DNA of 64,000 bases, taken from the NCBI GenBank assembly GCA_963737655.1, contig CAVTTN010000002.1, positions 3,104,001 to 3,168,000 on the forward strand, in the 5' to 3' direction. Positions 19,426 through 29,603 of the stretch are shown here, piece by piece. Positions within the stretch are counted from its first letter, which is position 1; the number at the start of each line of letters is the position of its first letter. This stretch comes from an uncultured Planctomycetota bacterium. Lineage in GTDB: Bacteria; Planctomycetota; Planctomycetia; Isosphaerales; Isosphaeraceae. The position numbers and the translations under genes are program-made. The notes beneath the pieces were generated by a model. That model was given only the letters and a program-made list of their open reading frames with translations, ran no database searches and was not told the origin of the DNA.

Positions 19426-21015
19426 ATGACCCGACGGATCGCCGCGATCGCCTTCGTCCTCGGCCTCTCCGGCCTCTTTGCCGGGGGGATCTGGCTTCGC
19501 CTGACCAGCCTCGACTCCATGCCCTTTCCGGACGGCGACGAGGCCTGGTACGGCATCCAGGCCCAGCGCCTCCTCGCGGGTCAATCGGTGGCCTGGACCA
19601 CGCCGACAGGCAACCCGATCAATCCGTTCTACGCCGGCCTCGAAGTCCCCTTGCTCGCCGCGATGAAACCGTCTTTATGGCTCCTCCGCGTGCCCTCCGC
19701 GCTCTGCGGGCTCCTCGCGGTCGGACTCAGTTACGTTTTGATCGCTCGACTCTTCGATCGGACCACCGGGCTGATCGCCTCGGCCATCCTGGCCGCGTTG
19801 CCAGTGGCCATCGTGTTCTCACGGATCGGGTTCGACGCGAGCCAGACGCCGCTTTTCAGCCTGATTGCCGTGTATTTCGCATTCCGAGGCCGCCCGGGGT
19901 GGACGCTCCTCGCGTTCCTCGCCTGCCTGCTGATCCACCCCACGAACGTCTTCCTCGCGCCGGTGTTGCTGGCCGTCCTGGCCGTCCGGGCCCTGGAACG
20001 GACCGCCGGCAACCCTCGGGCGAGGCTCCGGTCGCTCGGCCTCCTCGCCATCGTGCCCACGCTGGGCGTCCTCGCCTTCGGTCTGTTCACGCTCCGCAAG
20101 CGAATGGTCCAGGCCACCTACGCCACGCCGTTCGAGGGGCTCGACTGGCCGAGGTTCGGCACGCGACTGGGCCGCCTTTTTTTCGCCCTCGGGCAGTTCC
20201 CGACCGGCGATTCCACGCTCGCCCTGCATGACTGGGCCTTCCGCCTCACCCTCCTGGTCTCGCTGGCGATCGGGCTTCGAGGCGTGTGGAAGTCGCGGCA
20301 ATACGACGTCCTCGCGATGCTGGGCGGCCTCGTCGCGGGCCTCGTCGCGTTCCACATCGTCGCCGGCCGCGACGCGATCCGGCTCGAATGGGTCTCGTAC
20401 CTCCGCTACGGCCTGTTCGCCGTGATTCCCGCCGTGATCGCCCTGGCATGCCTCCTGCGGACCAGCCTCGCCGACCCGCAAACGTGGCGGGGTTCCTGGA
20501 TTCGAGGGGCGCAGGCAACCGTCTTGCTCGCCCTCGGCTGGGCGATGCTCCTGAGCGTGAAGACGCAGTGGTTCGACCGCTTCACCGCGACCGGCACCGA
20601 GTCGATCTGGACGTTCCGCACCGACGCAAAAGACCCGAACCGCCAGGTCGTCTGGATCCTGTCGAGGGACGCGCTGGACCACCCCCCGGGGAAAATCCGC
20701 GTGTTCGCCCAGGACCAGTGGCTCCAGAGGCCCGTGCGCTACCTCGCGGGGCCGCGAACCGATCTGGAGGTGGTGAACATCGAGGAACATGCCGCGACGA
20801 TCGACCAGATCCGCGACTACCTCCGCGACCCCCTGAGCTCCGGCGCCTACGTCGTCGCGATCCGGGGCGGCAAGGTCGAGGCCGCGGCGACCGCCTCGGG
20901 CCCGCTCCGTCGCTGGGAGGCGACGATCAACGGATCGCCCTATCTCGTCGTCCTGAGACGTCTCGAAGCCCCGAGGACCGCCGCGAACACCGGCGGTTCC
21001 GGCCCGACTCGCTAG
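19426..21015 (+). CDS. GT-C fold membrane glycosyltransferase (ArnT/PMT-like)
   Basis: DGDEAWY motif after first TM, LRVPSALCG, many TM helices. Confidence 0.7.
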   Translation: MTRRIAAIAFVLGLSGLFAGGIWLRLTSLDSMPFPDGDEAWYGIQAQRLLAGQSVAWTTPTGNPINPFYAGLEVPLLAAMKPSLWLLRVPSALCGLLAVGLSYVLIARLFDRTTGLIASAILAALPVAIVFSRIGFDASQTPLFSLIAVYFAFRGRPGWTLLAFLACLLIHPTNVFLAPVLLAVLAVRALERTAGNPRARLRSLGLLAIVPTLGVLAFGLFTLRKRMVQATYATPFEGLDWPRFGTRLGRLFFALGQFPTGDSTLALHDWAFRLTLLVSLAIGLRGVWKSRQYDVLAMLGGLVAGLVAFHIVAGRDAIRLEWVSYLRYGLFAVIPAVIALACLLRTSLADPQTWRGSWIRGAQATVLLALGWAMLLSVKTQWFDRFTATGTESIWTFRTDAKDPNRQVVWILSRDALDHPPGKIRVFAQDQWLQRPVRYLAGPRTDLEVVNIEEHAATIDQIRDYLRDPLSSGAYVVAIRGGKVEAAATASGPLRRWEATINGSPYLVVLRRLEAPRTAANTGGSGPTR

Positions 21016-21052
21016 AAGACCCGGCCCGCTGAGAAACCGAACGGAGACCGCC

Positions 21053-23446
21053 GTGAGGATCGGCATCGACCTCATCCCCCTGCAATCGCCCCACAGCCGC
21101 CGTCGCGGGATCGGCCGCTACGTCGCCTCCTTCCTCCGGGCGATGTCGGAGACCGGCCTCGACCTTCGGCCCTACGCCCACGCCGGACTCGTCCCGCCCG
21201 AACTCGGCGCGATCCCCGCCGGCCTCCGGCCCCAGCCCTTTCCCGAGGCGACGACGCCCGCCGAGGCCGTCGATCGCCTCGCTCGCCAGGACCCCGACCG
21301 CCTCGACTGGCTCCTGATCCCCAGCCCGTTCGAGCTCGGCTCGCAGTACGAGCCGCCCGCCAGACCGATCGGCGGGCCGAGGCTCGCCGCGATCGTCTAC
21401 GACCTCGTCCCGTTCGTCTTCCAGGAACGTTACCTCGCCGACCCGACCGGCTCCGCGATCCTGTATCGCCGCCTTGAACGCTTGCGCAATTATGACCTCA
21501 TCCTGGCAATCTCCGAGGCGACGAGGGCCGACTACCTCCGCCTGACCGGGGCGGACCCTCGAAAGGTCGTCGCGATCGGGACCGCCAGCGACCCCGAATT
21601 CTTCGTCCCCGGCCATTCCCAAACCGACTGCGCCACGCTCGAACGCCTCGGGATTCGAGGCCGATTCCTGCTCGCCGTGGCCAGCGCGGATTGGCGGAAG
21701 AACCTGCTCGGGGTGCTCGACGCCGCGGCCCTCCTGCCGCCGTCGGTCCTGGGTGAGACGCGGATCGTCGCCGCGTGCTACCTCTCGCCCGCCGATGCCG
21801 CCAGGATCGCCGGCGAGGCCCGCGACCGTGGGCTTGCCGATCGACTGGTCCTCACGGGCGAGGTCTCGGACGAGGCGCTTCGCCTCCTCTATCAACGCTC
21901 CTCCGCGTTCGTCTCGCCGGCGTTCTATGAAGGGTTTGGCATCCCTCTGCTCGAAGCGATGCACTGCGGGGCGGCCGTGATCGGCGGGGCGAATTCGTCC
22001 CAGGGCGAGGTCGTCGGCGACGCCGGGATGCTCGTGAACCCTCACGACCCGTCGCACATCGCCGAGGCGATCGGAAGGCTCCTGACCGACCCGTCTCTCG
22101 CCGCCGACCTGGGCCGAAAGGCCGTCGCCAGGGCTTCCAGGTTCTCCTGGCCCGGCGTCGCGCGTGAGGCCCATCGAGCCTTCGCGACGCCGAGGAAAAC
22201 GAGCAAGCCGCGTCCGGCTAAGCCCAGGGTTGCCATGTTCTCCCCCTGGCCGCCGAAGGCCTCGGGCATCGCCGACTATTCCCGGAGGCTGGTCGCCGAG
22301 CTGGCGAAATCCTACCGGATCGACATTTATTACGAACCAGGATATGAGCCGGATTTCGGCCCCGAGGGCCGCGAGTTCGCCATGTTCGACGCGCGTTCGT
22401 TCGAACGGAACGACCGCATGCTCGGGCATCATGCGGTCATCTATCAGATGGGCAACTCGCTCTATCATAAGTTTGTCTACGAGCGCATGCTCCGGCGACC
22501 GGGGATCGTCGTGCTCCACGACTTCGGCCTGGCCGGATTCCACCACGGCTATGCCCATCAGGAGGGCGTGCCCGCGGGGCATTTCGAGCGAGAATTGCGG
22601 CATTCCGAGGGACTTCGCGCGCCGTGGGCCCTCGAACACATGGACGCCTGGATCTGGGACGAGGGAGGGGTGCAGGAGGCGTTCGCGGCGCGATCGTTGC
22701 CGATGAACCGCCGGGTCTTCGACTCGGCCTCCGCCGTCCTCCTCCATTCGCCGTGGCTGCTCGGGAAGGCCGAATCGCTCCATCCGGACCATCGCGACAA
22801 GCTCCGGGTGGTCCCCATGGGATGCTCCCCACGAGCGATCCCGGTCGCGGAGAAGACGGCGATCCGCGCCCGCCACAACCTCCCCGGCCACGCCCTCGTG
22901 TTCGGCAGCTTCGGCATCCTCCACCCGAGCAAGGGGAATGTCGAAACCATCGAGGCATTCGAGCATGTGCTGAAGCAAGTTCCCCACGCGCTCTTGATCT
23001 TCGTCGGCAAGGACCTGGCCGACGGGGAGGCGCGGGGCCGGGCCGAGGCGCTGGGGATCGACCATCGCGTCCGGTTCCTCGGCCGACGCGACGCCCCCGA
23101 GTTCGCCGATTTGATCGCGGCGACGGACGTCGGCGTCTGCCTGAGGAGGCCGCCGACCAACGGCGAGACCTCCGCCGCCCTGCTCGACCTGCTCCGCCAC
23201 GGCGTTCCCACGATCGCGACCCGGACCGGCACGTTCGGGGACTACCCGACCGAAGTCGTGCGATTCGTGGAGCCTCGGAACGACCGCGACGGACTGGTCT
23301 CCGCGATGCTGGAACTGGCGGAGGACCGCGAGTCGAGGGGCCGCGCCGCCCTGGCTCACGCGATCGAACGACACTCCTGGATGCTGTGTGCCAAAGGGTA
23401 CGCCGCCGCGATCGAGGCGGTCGCCGCCCGCCGCGTCGCGTCCTGA
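21053..23446 (+). CDS. Two-domain GT4-GT4 glycosyltransferase (WbdA-like architecture)
   Basis: MRIGID...RGIGRY, YDLVP, EGFGIPLLEAM; second domain SPWPPKASGIADY...GETSAALLDLL. Confidence 0.88.
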   Translation: MRIGIDLIPLQSPHSRRRGIGRYVASFLRAMSETGLDLRPYAHAGLVPPELGAIPAGLRPQPFPEATTPAEAVDRLARQDPDRLDWLLIPSPFELGSQYEPPARPIGGPRLAAIVYDLVPFVFQERYLADPTGSAILYRRLERLRNYDLILAISEATRADYLRLTGADPRKVVAIGTASDPEFFVPGHSQTDCATLERLGIRGRFLLAVASADWRKNLLGVLDAAALLPPSVLGETRIVAACYLSPADAARIAGEARDRGLADRLVLTGEVSDEALRLLYQRSSAFVSPAFYEGFGIPLLEAMHCGAAVIGGANSSQGEVVGDAGMLVNPHDPSHIAEAIGRLLTDPSLAADLGRKAVARASRFSWPGVAREAHRAFATPRKTSKPRPAKPRVAMFSPWPPKASGIADYSRRLVAELAKSYRIDIYYEPGYEPDFGPEGREFAMFDARSFERNDRMLGHHAVIYQMGNSLYHKFVYERMLRRPGIVVLHDFGLAGFHHGYAHQEGVPAGHFERELRHSEGLRAPWALEHMDAWIWDEGGVQEAFAARSLPMNRRVFDSASAVLLHSPWLLGKAESLHPDHRDKLRVVPMGCSPRAIPVAEKTAIRARHNLPGHALVFGSFGILHPSKGNVETIEAFEHVLKQVPHALLIFVGKDLADGEARGRAEALGIDHRVRFLGRRDAPEFADLIAATDVGVCLRRPPTNGETSAALLDLLRHGVPTIATRTGTFGDYPTEVVRFVEPRNDRDGLVSAMLELAEDRESRGRAALAHAIERHSWMLCAKGYAAAIEAVAARRVAS

Positions 23447-23471
23447 ATCGAACTGGCCGGGGGGCCTCGCC

Positions 23472-25955
23472 GTGAGAATCGGGATCGACATGCTGGCCGT
23501 GCAATCCCCGGGGAGTCGCCTCCGCGGCGTGGGGCGGTTCGGCCTCAACCTCGTCTCCGCCATGCTCGCGGCCGATTCAAAAAACGACTATGTGCTGTAC
23601 TGTCACGACGGATTCCCCATCGAGCACGTCCCGGGATCTCCGCGCTCCGAGACACGATCGATCGCGATCGACTCCGGACGCGGCGAGACCAGCCTCCGGC
23701 ACGCGATGGACCGGATCGCCCGGGATGATCCCGACGGCCTCGACGCCCTCTTCACCCTGAGCCCGTTCGAGCTGGTCCCGGGCTATGATCCCCCGTCCAG
23801 GCCGATCGGTGGCATGAAGATGATCGTGCTCATGCACGATCTGATCCCATTCCTCGCCCCCGAGAAGTACCTGGACGATCCCGGCAACGCCCGATGGTTC
23901 TATCGCCGGCTGAGGACCGTGGAGCGATACGACCTGATCCTGGCGAATTCCGAGGCGACGCGGGCCGATTGCCTCAAGATGCTGGACATTTCGGCCCATC
24001 GAGCGGTGACCATCTCCGGCGCCGGGAACGGCGCCTTCTTCCACCCGGATCGATCGTGGCCGATGCCTCGGGAAGTCCGACGGACGCTCCATCGCCTGGG
24101 AGTGTCGCGGCCGTTCGTCTTCTCCGTGGGCGGGTCGGATGATCGCAAGAATATCCGAGGATTGATCGACGCCTTTCGCCTCCTGCCTCCGGCGCTCCGA
24201 ATCGGCCATCAACTGGTCGTCACGTGCGGCTGGAGGGACGGCGACGAGCAAAAAACCCGGGATTTCGCCGCGTCCCGAGGCGTTGCGGATGCGCTGGTGC
24301 TCACGGGCGAGATCGAGGACGCCGATCTGCGCGTTCTCTATCAGCGATGCTCGGCGTTCGCGTTTCCCTCGCTGTACGAAGGGCTGGGGCTGCCCCTTCT
24401 CGAGGCGATGCACTGCGGGGCGCCGACCATCGGCGGCCACAATTCGTCGCAGATCGAGGTGGTGGGCGATGCCGGCCTCCTCGTCGATGGCCACGATTCG
24501 GCCGACATCGCCGAGGCGCTCCGGACCCTCCTGGAACGCCCCGAATTCGCCCGGTCGCTCGGCGATCGGGCGATGGCGAGGGCCTCGGAGTTCACGTGGG
24601 AACGGTCGGCGAAGCTGGCGATCGGCGCGATCGAGGCGCTCGACGCCCCTCGTCGGCCGAGGCTCCGCGTCGATCGGCCGAGGCTCGCGCTGGTCTCGCC
24701 GTTCGCCCCGAAGAAGTCGGGGATCTCGACCTACTCGGCGAGGCTGGCCTCGGCCCTCTCCCGCGATTTCCACATCGACCTCTATCACGATTCGGGCTAC
24801 GTGCCCGAAACGGGGCTTGATCCCAAGGGGTTCTCGGCCTTCGATCACCGTCTCTTCCCCCGATTCGCGCCGATCCGCGACTATCGCGGCGTCCTCTATC
24901 AGATGGGCAACTCGGGGTATCACACGTTCGTCTATGAGATGATCCTCCGACATGCCGGGATCATCACGCTTCACGATTTCTCAATCGCGGGATTCCAGTA
25001 TCTGTACGCTCATCATCGCGGCGGCGACCCGTCGGCGAATTTCCGCCAGGCCCTCCAGGACTCCGAACCCGCGAGGTTCGTGGAGGCCCTCGCGGGGCTG
25101 GAGTCGTGGAAACGCGAGCCCGGCGGCCTCCAGGAAGCGTTCACTCGTCGCGGGATGGCCATGAACCGGCCGATTTTCGAGAGGGCCCGGGCGGTCGTGG
25201 TCCATTCCCCGTGGTGCCGGGATCGCGCCTCGGAGATGGACCCATCCTTCGTCGAGAAGACGTTCGTGGTGCCGATGGGCGCGAAGGCGAGTCCGCCCGA
25301 TCCTGGCCGGAGGGCCGCGATCCGCGAGAAGTTCGGCCTGCCGCCCGATGGCCTGCTCTTCGCAAGCTTCGGCATCCTCTCGCGAGGGAAGATGAACGTC
25401 GAGGCGTTGCGCGCGTTCGCGATGGTCGCGGCCCATGTGCCCTCGGCAACGTTCGTGTTCGTCGGGCAGGACTGGGAGGAGGGCGAGGCGAGGCGAGAGG
25501 TCGATGCGCTCGGGCTGTCGTCTCGCGTCCGATTCCTCGGCCACCAGCCCGATTCGGCGTTCGACGAGCTTCTCGGAGCGGTGGACGTCGGAGTGTCCCT
25601 TCGAAGGCCCCCGACCTACGGCGAGACCTCGGCCGCCCTGCTCGACCTCCTCCGCCATGGGGTCCCGACGATCGTCACCGACGTCGGGACGTTCGCCGAC
25701 TATCCGGACGACGTGGTCCGGAAGGTCTCGCCCCGCGAGGAGGGACTGGACGAACTCGTCGAGGCCATGAGGATGCTCGCGACCGACCGCGACACGCGAC
25801 GGATGCTCGGGGAGGCGGCGTTGACCTATGTGATCGAGAAGCACGACTGGTCGCGGACGGCCGATGGCTACGCTTCGTTGCTTGAGAGTCTGTACGCCCG
25901 CGATTATGTGCGCAGGAAAAATCGCTCACGATCTCATGAAGGAGCCGGACGATGA
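23472..25955 (+). CDS. Two-domain GT4-GT4 glycosyltransferase, tandem paralog
   Basis: GTG start, RIGID...RGVGRF, EGLGLPLLEAM; second domain SPFAPKKSGISTY...GETSAALLDLL. Confidence 0.88.
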   Translation: MRIGIDMLAVQSPGSRLRGVGRFGLNLVSAMLAADSKNDYVLYCHDGFPIEHVPGSPRSETRSIAIDSGRGETSLRHAMDRIARDDPDGLDALFTLSPFELVPGYDPPSRPIGGMKMIVLMHDLIPFLAPEKYLDDPGNARWFYRRLRTVERYDLILANSEATRADCLKMLDISAHRAVTISGAGNGAFFHPDRSWPMPREVRRTLHRLGVSRPFVFSVGGSDDRKNIRGLIDAFRLLPPALRIGHQLVVTCGWRDGDEQKTRDFAASRGVADALVLTGEIEDADLRVLYQRCSAFAFPSLYEGLGLPLLEAMHCGAPTIGGHNSSQIEVVGDAGLLVDGHDSADIAEALRTLLERPEFARSLGDRAMARASEFTWERSAKLAIGAIEALDAPRRPRLRVDRPRLALVSPFAPKKSGISTYSARLASALSRDFHIDLYHDSGYVPETGLDPKGFSAFDHRLFPRFAPIRDYRGVLYQMGNSGYHTFVYEMILRHAGIITLHDFSIAGFQYLYAHHRGGDPSANFRQALQDSEPARFVEALAGLESWKREPGGLQEAFTRRGMAMNRPIFERARAVVVHSPWCRDRASEMDPSFVEKTFVVPMGAKASPPDPGRRAAIREKFGLPPDGLLFASFGILSRGKMNVEALRAFAMVAAHVPSATFVFVGQDWEEGEARREVDALGLSSRVRFLGHQPDSAFDELLGAVDVGVSLRRPPTYGETSAALLDLLRHGVPTIVTDVGTFADYPDDVVRKVSPREEGLDELVEAMRMLATDRDTRRMLGEAALTYVIEKHDWSRTADGYASLLESLYARDYVRRKNRSRSHEGAGR

Positions 25956-26290
25956 AACGCATCCTGAAGCGATTCGCGAGGGCGGGCTGGAGGCTGACGG
26001 GGCCGATCCGCCGGCCCCTCGGGCGGAAAGCCGAAGCGACGCTCACGCGGATCGTCCACGATCAGGTGGAAGGTGCGGTACGTCCGAGGTTCGACCTCCT
26101 GCTCCACGTGATGAACACGGCGAGGCAGGAGGCGCACGCCAACCGGGTCGAGACGAACCTGGTGCTCGACAGCCTGGTCCGCGAGATCACCCGGTTGCAG
26201 CTCCGGGTCGAATCGCTCCAGGAGGCCCTGGAGGGCGCCGGCTCGGACTCGTCGCCGCTGGGGATCGTCGATCGCGAGGCGGCGGCCTGA
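25952..26290 (+). CDS. Small basic-helix / coiled-coil protein of the glycan locus
   Basis: ATGA overlap with upstream GT; GWRLTGPIRR motif, then heptad-rich LVLDSLVREITRLQLRVESLQEAL. Confidence 0.75.
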   Translation: MKRILKRFARAGWRLTGPIRRPLGRKAEATLTRIVHDQVEGAVRPRFDLLLHVMNTARQEAHANRVETNLVLDSLVREITRLQLRVESLQEALEGAGSDSSPLGIVDREAAA

Positions 26291-26363
26291 GGCAAGGGCT
26301 TCCGCCCCGGTCAGGGCCGATTCTTCCGCCGGGAGGTTCGGGCCGGGAGCCTGTCGAGCGGCC

Positions 26364-26391
26364 TTGACCGATGGGGAAGTCGTCGTATGAT
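26364..26391 (+). promoter_or_regulatory. Putative sigma70 promoter
   Basis: TTGACC-N16-TATGAT upstream of the lipase gene. Confidence 0.45.
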
Positions 26392-26456
26392 ACGTCCTCT
26401 GCGCTGCCCCGGGCGCCCGGCTCGGGGGGTGGAAGGGTCGATGGAGTGGCCCGGCG

Positions 26457-28394
26457 ATGAACCCCGCGATCCTCGGTTTGCTGGCCGCGACCCTCGTGGG
26501 CCAGCCCACCATCACCGTGAGCCCGAGCAAGGCCGACCGCACTCACTCGGCCTGGCAGATGAGCCTCGCCGGGATCGACCGGCCGAGCGAACGGACCGTC
26601 GAGACGCTCAAGCGGTATGACCTCGAAGGCCGCTATCGCAAGGACCCGGACGGCGCTCTGGCCCTGCTGAAGAAGGGCGCGCGGAGGACTCCGGAGGCCG
26701 AGCTCGTCTACGCCCTGGCCGAACTCTCGTGGATCGAGGGGAGGCGCGCGGAGACCCGCCGGTTCGCCTCGCGTCGGGGCACGAACGCCCTGGATCACTA
26801 CGTCGCGACCGTGGCCTACGCGTTCGACTACCTGTTCGACCCCGACCTCGCCGCCGGACGGAACACGACCGATCCCCGGTATCGGCTGGCGTGCGACCTG
26901 TACAACGCCTCGCTCGACCGGCTCCTTCACGCCGCGAAGGGCCAGGACAAGGACAAGCTCCAGCCGGGCGGGGCCATTCGCCTGAAGCTCAATGGATCAG
27001 AACATGTCTTTCGTCTGGTGATGGGCGAAGGGACGCCCTGGAAGGCCGAAGACGTCGATGAGCTGCTGCTCTCGTCGGACTTCGAGGTCGCCGGCCTGGA
27101 CAGTCGGAGCCGGCAGTTCGGGCTCGGGGTGCCGATGATCGGCGTCCGCCGTCCGCCCTCGGCCGACGGCGATCGCGTGAAGGGGGTCGAGCGGTTCTAT
27201 CCCCCCGAGATGGCCTTCCCGCTCACGGCCGTCCTCCGGCCGACGAAGCGGCTGCGCGACGCCGACGAGGCCGAGGGCGAGGAGGGCCGCGAATGCGCGA
27301 TCGACCTGGTGGACCCGGTCCGCATCCGCACGCTCGGCCAGGGGCCGGACGCCGTGTCGATCGAATCGGACCTCACCACGCCCCTGGCTTACATGTGGTC
27401 GCGCACCGACCTGAGCCGCTATCGATGGAACGGGCTGTTCCGGCCCGGCGAGGCCCAGGGCCGCGCGGGGCTGATGCTCCTCCGGCCGTACGAGGCGGAC
27501 AAGATCCCCGTCGTGATGGTCCACGGCCTGGCGTCCAGCCCCCTGGCGTGGATCCCGATGCTCAACGAGCTGCTTCGCGACCCCAACATCAATCAGAAAT
27601 ATCAATTTTTCCTGTATGTGTATCCGACGGGCGTGCCCGTGCCGATCGCGGCGGCCGGGCTGCGTGATTCCCTGATCGACGCGCAGGCCGAGTTCGACGT
27701 CGAGGGGGCCACGCCCGATCACGAGTTCAACCAGATGGTCCTGCTGGGCCACAGCATGGGCGGGTTGCTGAGCCACGCCATGGCGCTGGACAGCGGCGAT
27801 CGATTCTGGGAGCTCAGCACCGACCGCCGGTTCGAGGACATCGCCGGGCCGCCCGAGGTCCTCGAGGAGCTCCGCCACTACACGTTCTTCAAGCCGCTGC
27901 CGTTCGTCCGGCGGGTGGTCTTCCTCGCCACGCCGCATCGGGGCTCGGAGATCGCGCGGAGGCTCGTGGGACGGGTCGTCTCGTCGCAGATCTCGGAACC
28001 CGACCGATATCACAGGCTCCTGATGGGTCTGGTGAAGGAGAACCCGGACGCCTTCAACGTCCGTCGATTTCGACATATGCCCACATCAATCGATACGCTC
28101 GAACCGGAATCCAAGGTGCTCCTCGCCCTCCTGGGGATGAAGCCGGCCGAGGGGGTGATCTTCCATTCGATCATCGGCTCGCTCCGGCCCGACGGCATCC
28201 GCGACACGACCGATGGCGTGGTGAGCTATCACAGCGCCCACATCGACGGCGTGGCCTCCGAGAAGGTCGTCCGCTCCGATCACGGCGTCCAGAAGGACCC
28301 GGTGGCGATCCTGGAGGTCCGCCGGATCCTCCACGAGCACCTCAAGGCCGACCTCGCCCGCCGCGCCGCCCCCGCCGGAGACGCCGTCCGGTGA
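26457..28394 (+). CDS. Secreted alpha/beta hydrolase (lipase/esterase)
   Basis: Signal peptide, VHGLASSP, GHSMGG nucleophile elbow, ATPHRGS, DGVV, DH. Confidence 0.88.
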   Translation: MNPAILGLLAATLVGQPTITVSPSKADRTHSAWQMSLAGIDRPSERTVETLKRYDLEGRYRKDPDGALALLKKGARRTPEAELVYALAELSWIEGRRAETRRFASRRGTNALDHYVATVAYAFDYLFDPDLAAGRNTTDPRYRLACDLYNASLDRLLHAAKGQDKDKLQPGGAIRLKLNGSEHVFRLVMGEGTPWKAEDVDELLLSSDFEVAGLDSRSRQFGLGVPMIGVRRPPSADGDRVKGVERFYPPEMAFPLTAVLRPTKRLRDADEAEGEEGRECAIDLVDPVRIRTLGQGPDAVSIESDLTTPLAYMWSRTDLSRYRWNGLFRPGEAQGRAGLMLLRPYEADKIPVVMVHGLASSPLAWIPMLNELLRDPNINQKYQFFLYVYPTGVPVPIAAAGLRDSLIDAQAEFDVEGATPDHEFNQMVLLGHSMGGLLSHAMALDSGDRFWELSTDRRFEDIAGPPEVLEELRHYTFFKPLPFVRRVVFLATPHRGSEIARRLVGRVVSSQISEPDRYHRLLMGLVKENPDAFNVRRFRHMPTSIDTLEPESKVLLALLGMKPAEGVIFHSIIGSLRPDGIRDTTDGVVSYHSAHIDGVASEKVVRSDHGVQKDPVAILEVRRILHEHLKADLARRAAPAGDAVR

Positions 28395-28874
28395 TCGTCT
28401 GTCCATGAACACGAATGCAGATGCATTTTGGTCGATGGATCTGCAAGAATTTTCGCCTGAATTGGATCGTCACCTGAGAAATCGTGATTTTCGGGGAAGT
28501 TGACTACACTTTGCGGTGCAGAGAAGAGATTGAGGCCGGAAATCTGTCCATTTGTCGGTGCGCATCGACTCTGCCACTTTGTCGGACAAATGACTCCGCG
28601 TCGTTCGGACAATCCGCCGATCCTGTTGGTGCGTAACGGGCTTGCGGCGCGGGACGCGTCCGGCTCCGGATCGGCGAAGGGTCCGAAATTTCGGACAACG
28701 CGCCCATCGAACGCGACGCGGTGATTCACACGTCTTCATGATAATCGCTACGACGCCCGGCGATCGGTCCGCGAATGGACCGATCGCCGGGCGGCGGGCT
28801 CTCGATGATACCTTCATCGAACTCGGGGCGGAGGGGCGGGCGGACGTCCCGCAAGGCCCCTCGCGCCCGTGTTT

Positions 28875-29603
28875 TCAGCGGAGAGGGACCGTGTACAGCC
28901 AGTCGCGGCCGTCGGTGGCCGAGCGGACAGTCAGGGTCATGGGCTGGTTGCCGGCGCGAGCCACGATCCATCGGAGGTTGCCGGGCTGCGTCGTCGCGAA
29001 GCCGTTGGACTGGTGGATCACGTCGCCCGGCCTCAGCCCGGCGCGGTCGGCCGCCGATCCGGGCGTCACGGAGACGATCTGCATCCCCGTCCCCTCGGCG
29101 TCCGTGGCCACGGTTTCCACGATCCCCAGGCCGTCCACGCGGTCGCCGACCGGACCGGGCGTGAACGTCGCGGTCGCCGGTGCGTATGAAGTCCACGTGG
29201 GGTAGGAAGAGTACGTGGGCGAGTAGTTGTAGCCGTAGCTCGGATACGAAGACGAGTTGCCGTAGTAGCCCGACCCGTAATAGCCCGAGTTGTAGTAGCC
29301 GGAGCCGAAATAGCCGAGATTGGAGAAGCCGTTGCCGTAGAAGAGGCGGGGCCGGTAGCCATATCCGTAGCCGGAGCCGGAATGGTGGACGGTCGAGCCG
29401 TGGTGGTAGCCGCCCGAGGAATGCCCGGAGGCGTGGTGGCCGCCGGAATGCCCGCCCGAGTGGCCTCCGCCGTGCCCGCCTCCGCCGCCGTGTCCGCCTC
29501 CGCCGCCCTTGGCCATCGCGGGGGGGCCGCCGAAGGCCAGGAGGCCGAGGGCCAGGGTCGCCGTCGAAATCATCGCCACGCCGCGCCGGTTGCAGGGAAT
29601 CAT
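28875..29603 (-). CDS. Secreted PDZ-domain protein with Gly/His/Tyr-rich low-complexity region
   Basis: Signal peptide, GGGGGHGGGGGHGG..., GYY repeats, C-terminal LGI...VTPGSAADRAGLRPGDVI PDZ; start could be 29573. Confidence 0.8.
   Translation of the reverse strand: MIPCNRRGVAMISTATLALGLLAFGGPPAMAKGGGGGHGGGGGHGGGHSGGHSGGHHASGHSSGGYHHGSTVHHSGSGYGYGYRPRLFYGNGFSNLGYFGSGYYNSGYYGSGYYGNSSSYPSYGYNYSPTYSSYPTWTSYAPATATFTPGPVGDRVDGLGIVETVATDAEGTGMQIVSVTPGSAADRAGLRPGDVIHQSNGFATTQPGNLRWIVARAGNQPMTLTVRSATDGRDWLYTVPLR

Noticed and set aside
28404..28740. MITE defined by CATGAACACG / CGTCTTCATG terminal inverted repeats
   Set aside because: Only about 10 bp with a mismatch, no target-site duplication and no second copy in the window
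29200..29510. CRISPR-like or satellite repeats (GTAGTAGCC units)
   Set aside because: They are codon repeats of the GYY tract within a CDS, with no repeat-spacer periodicity
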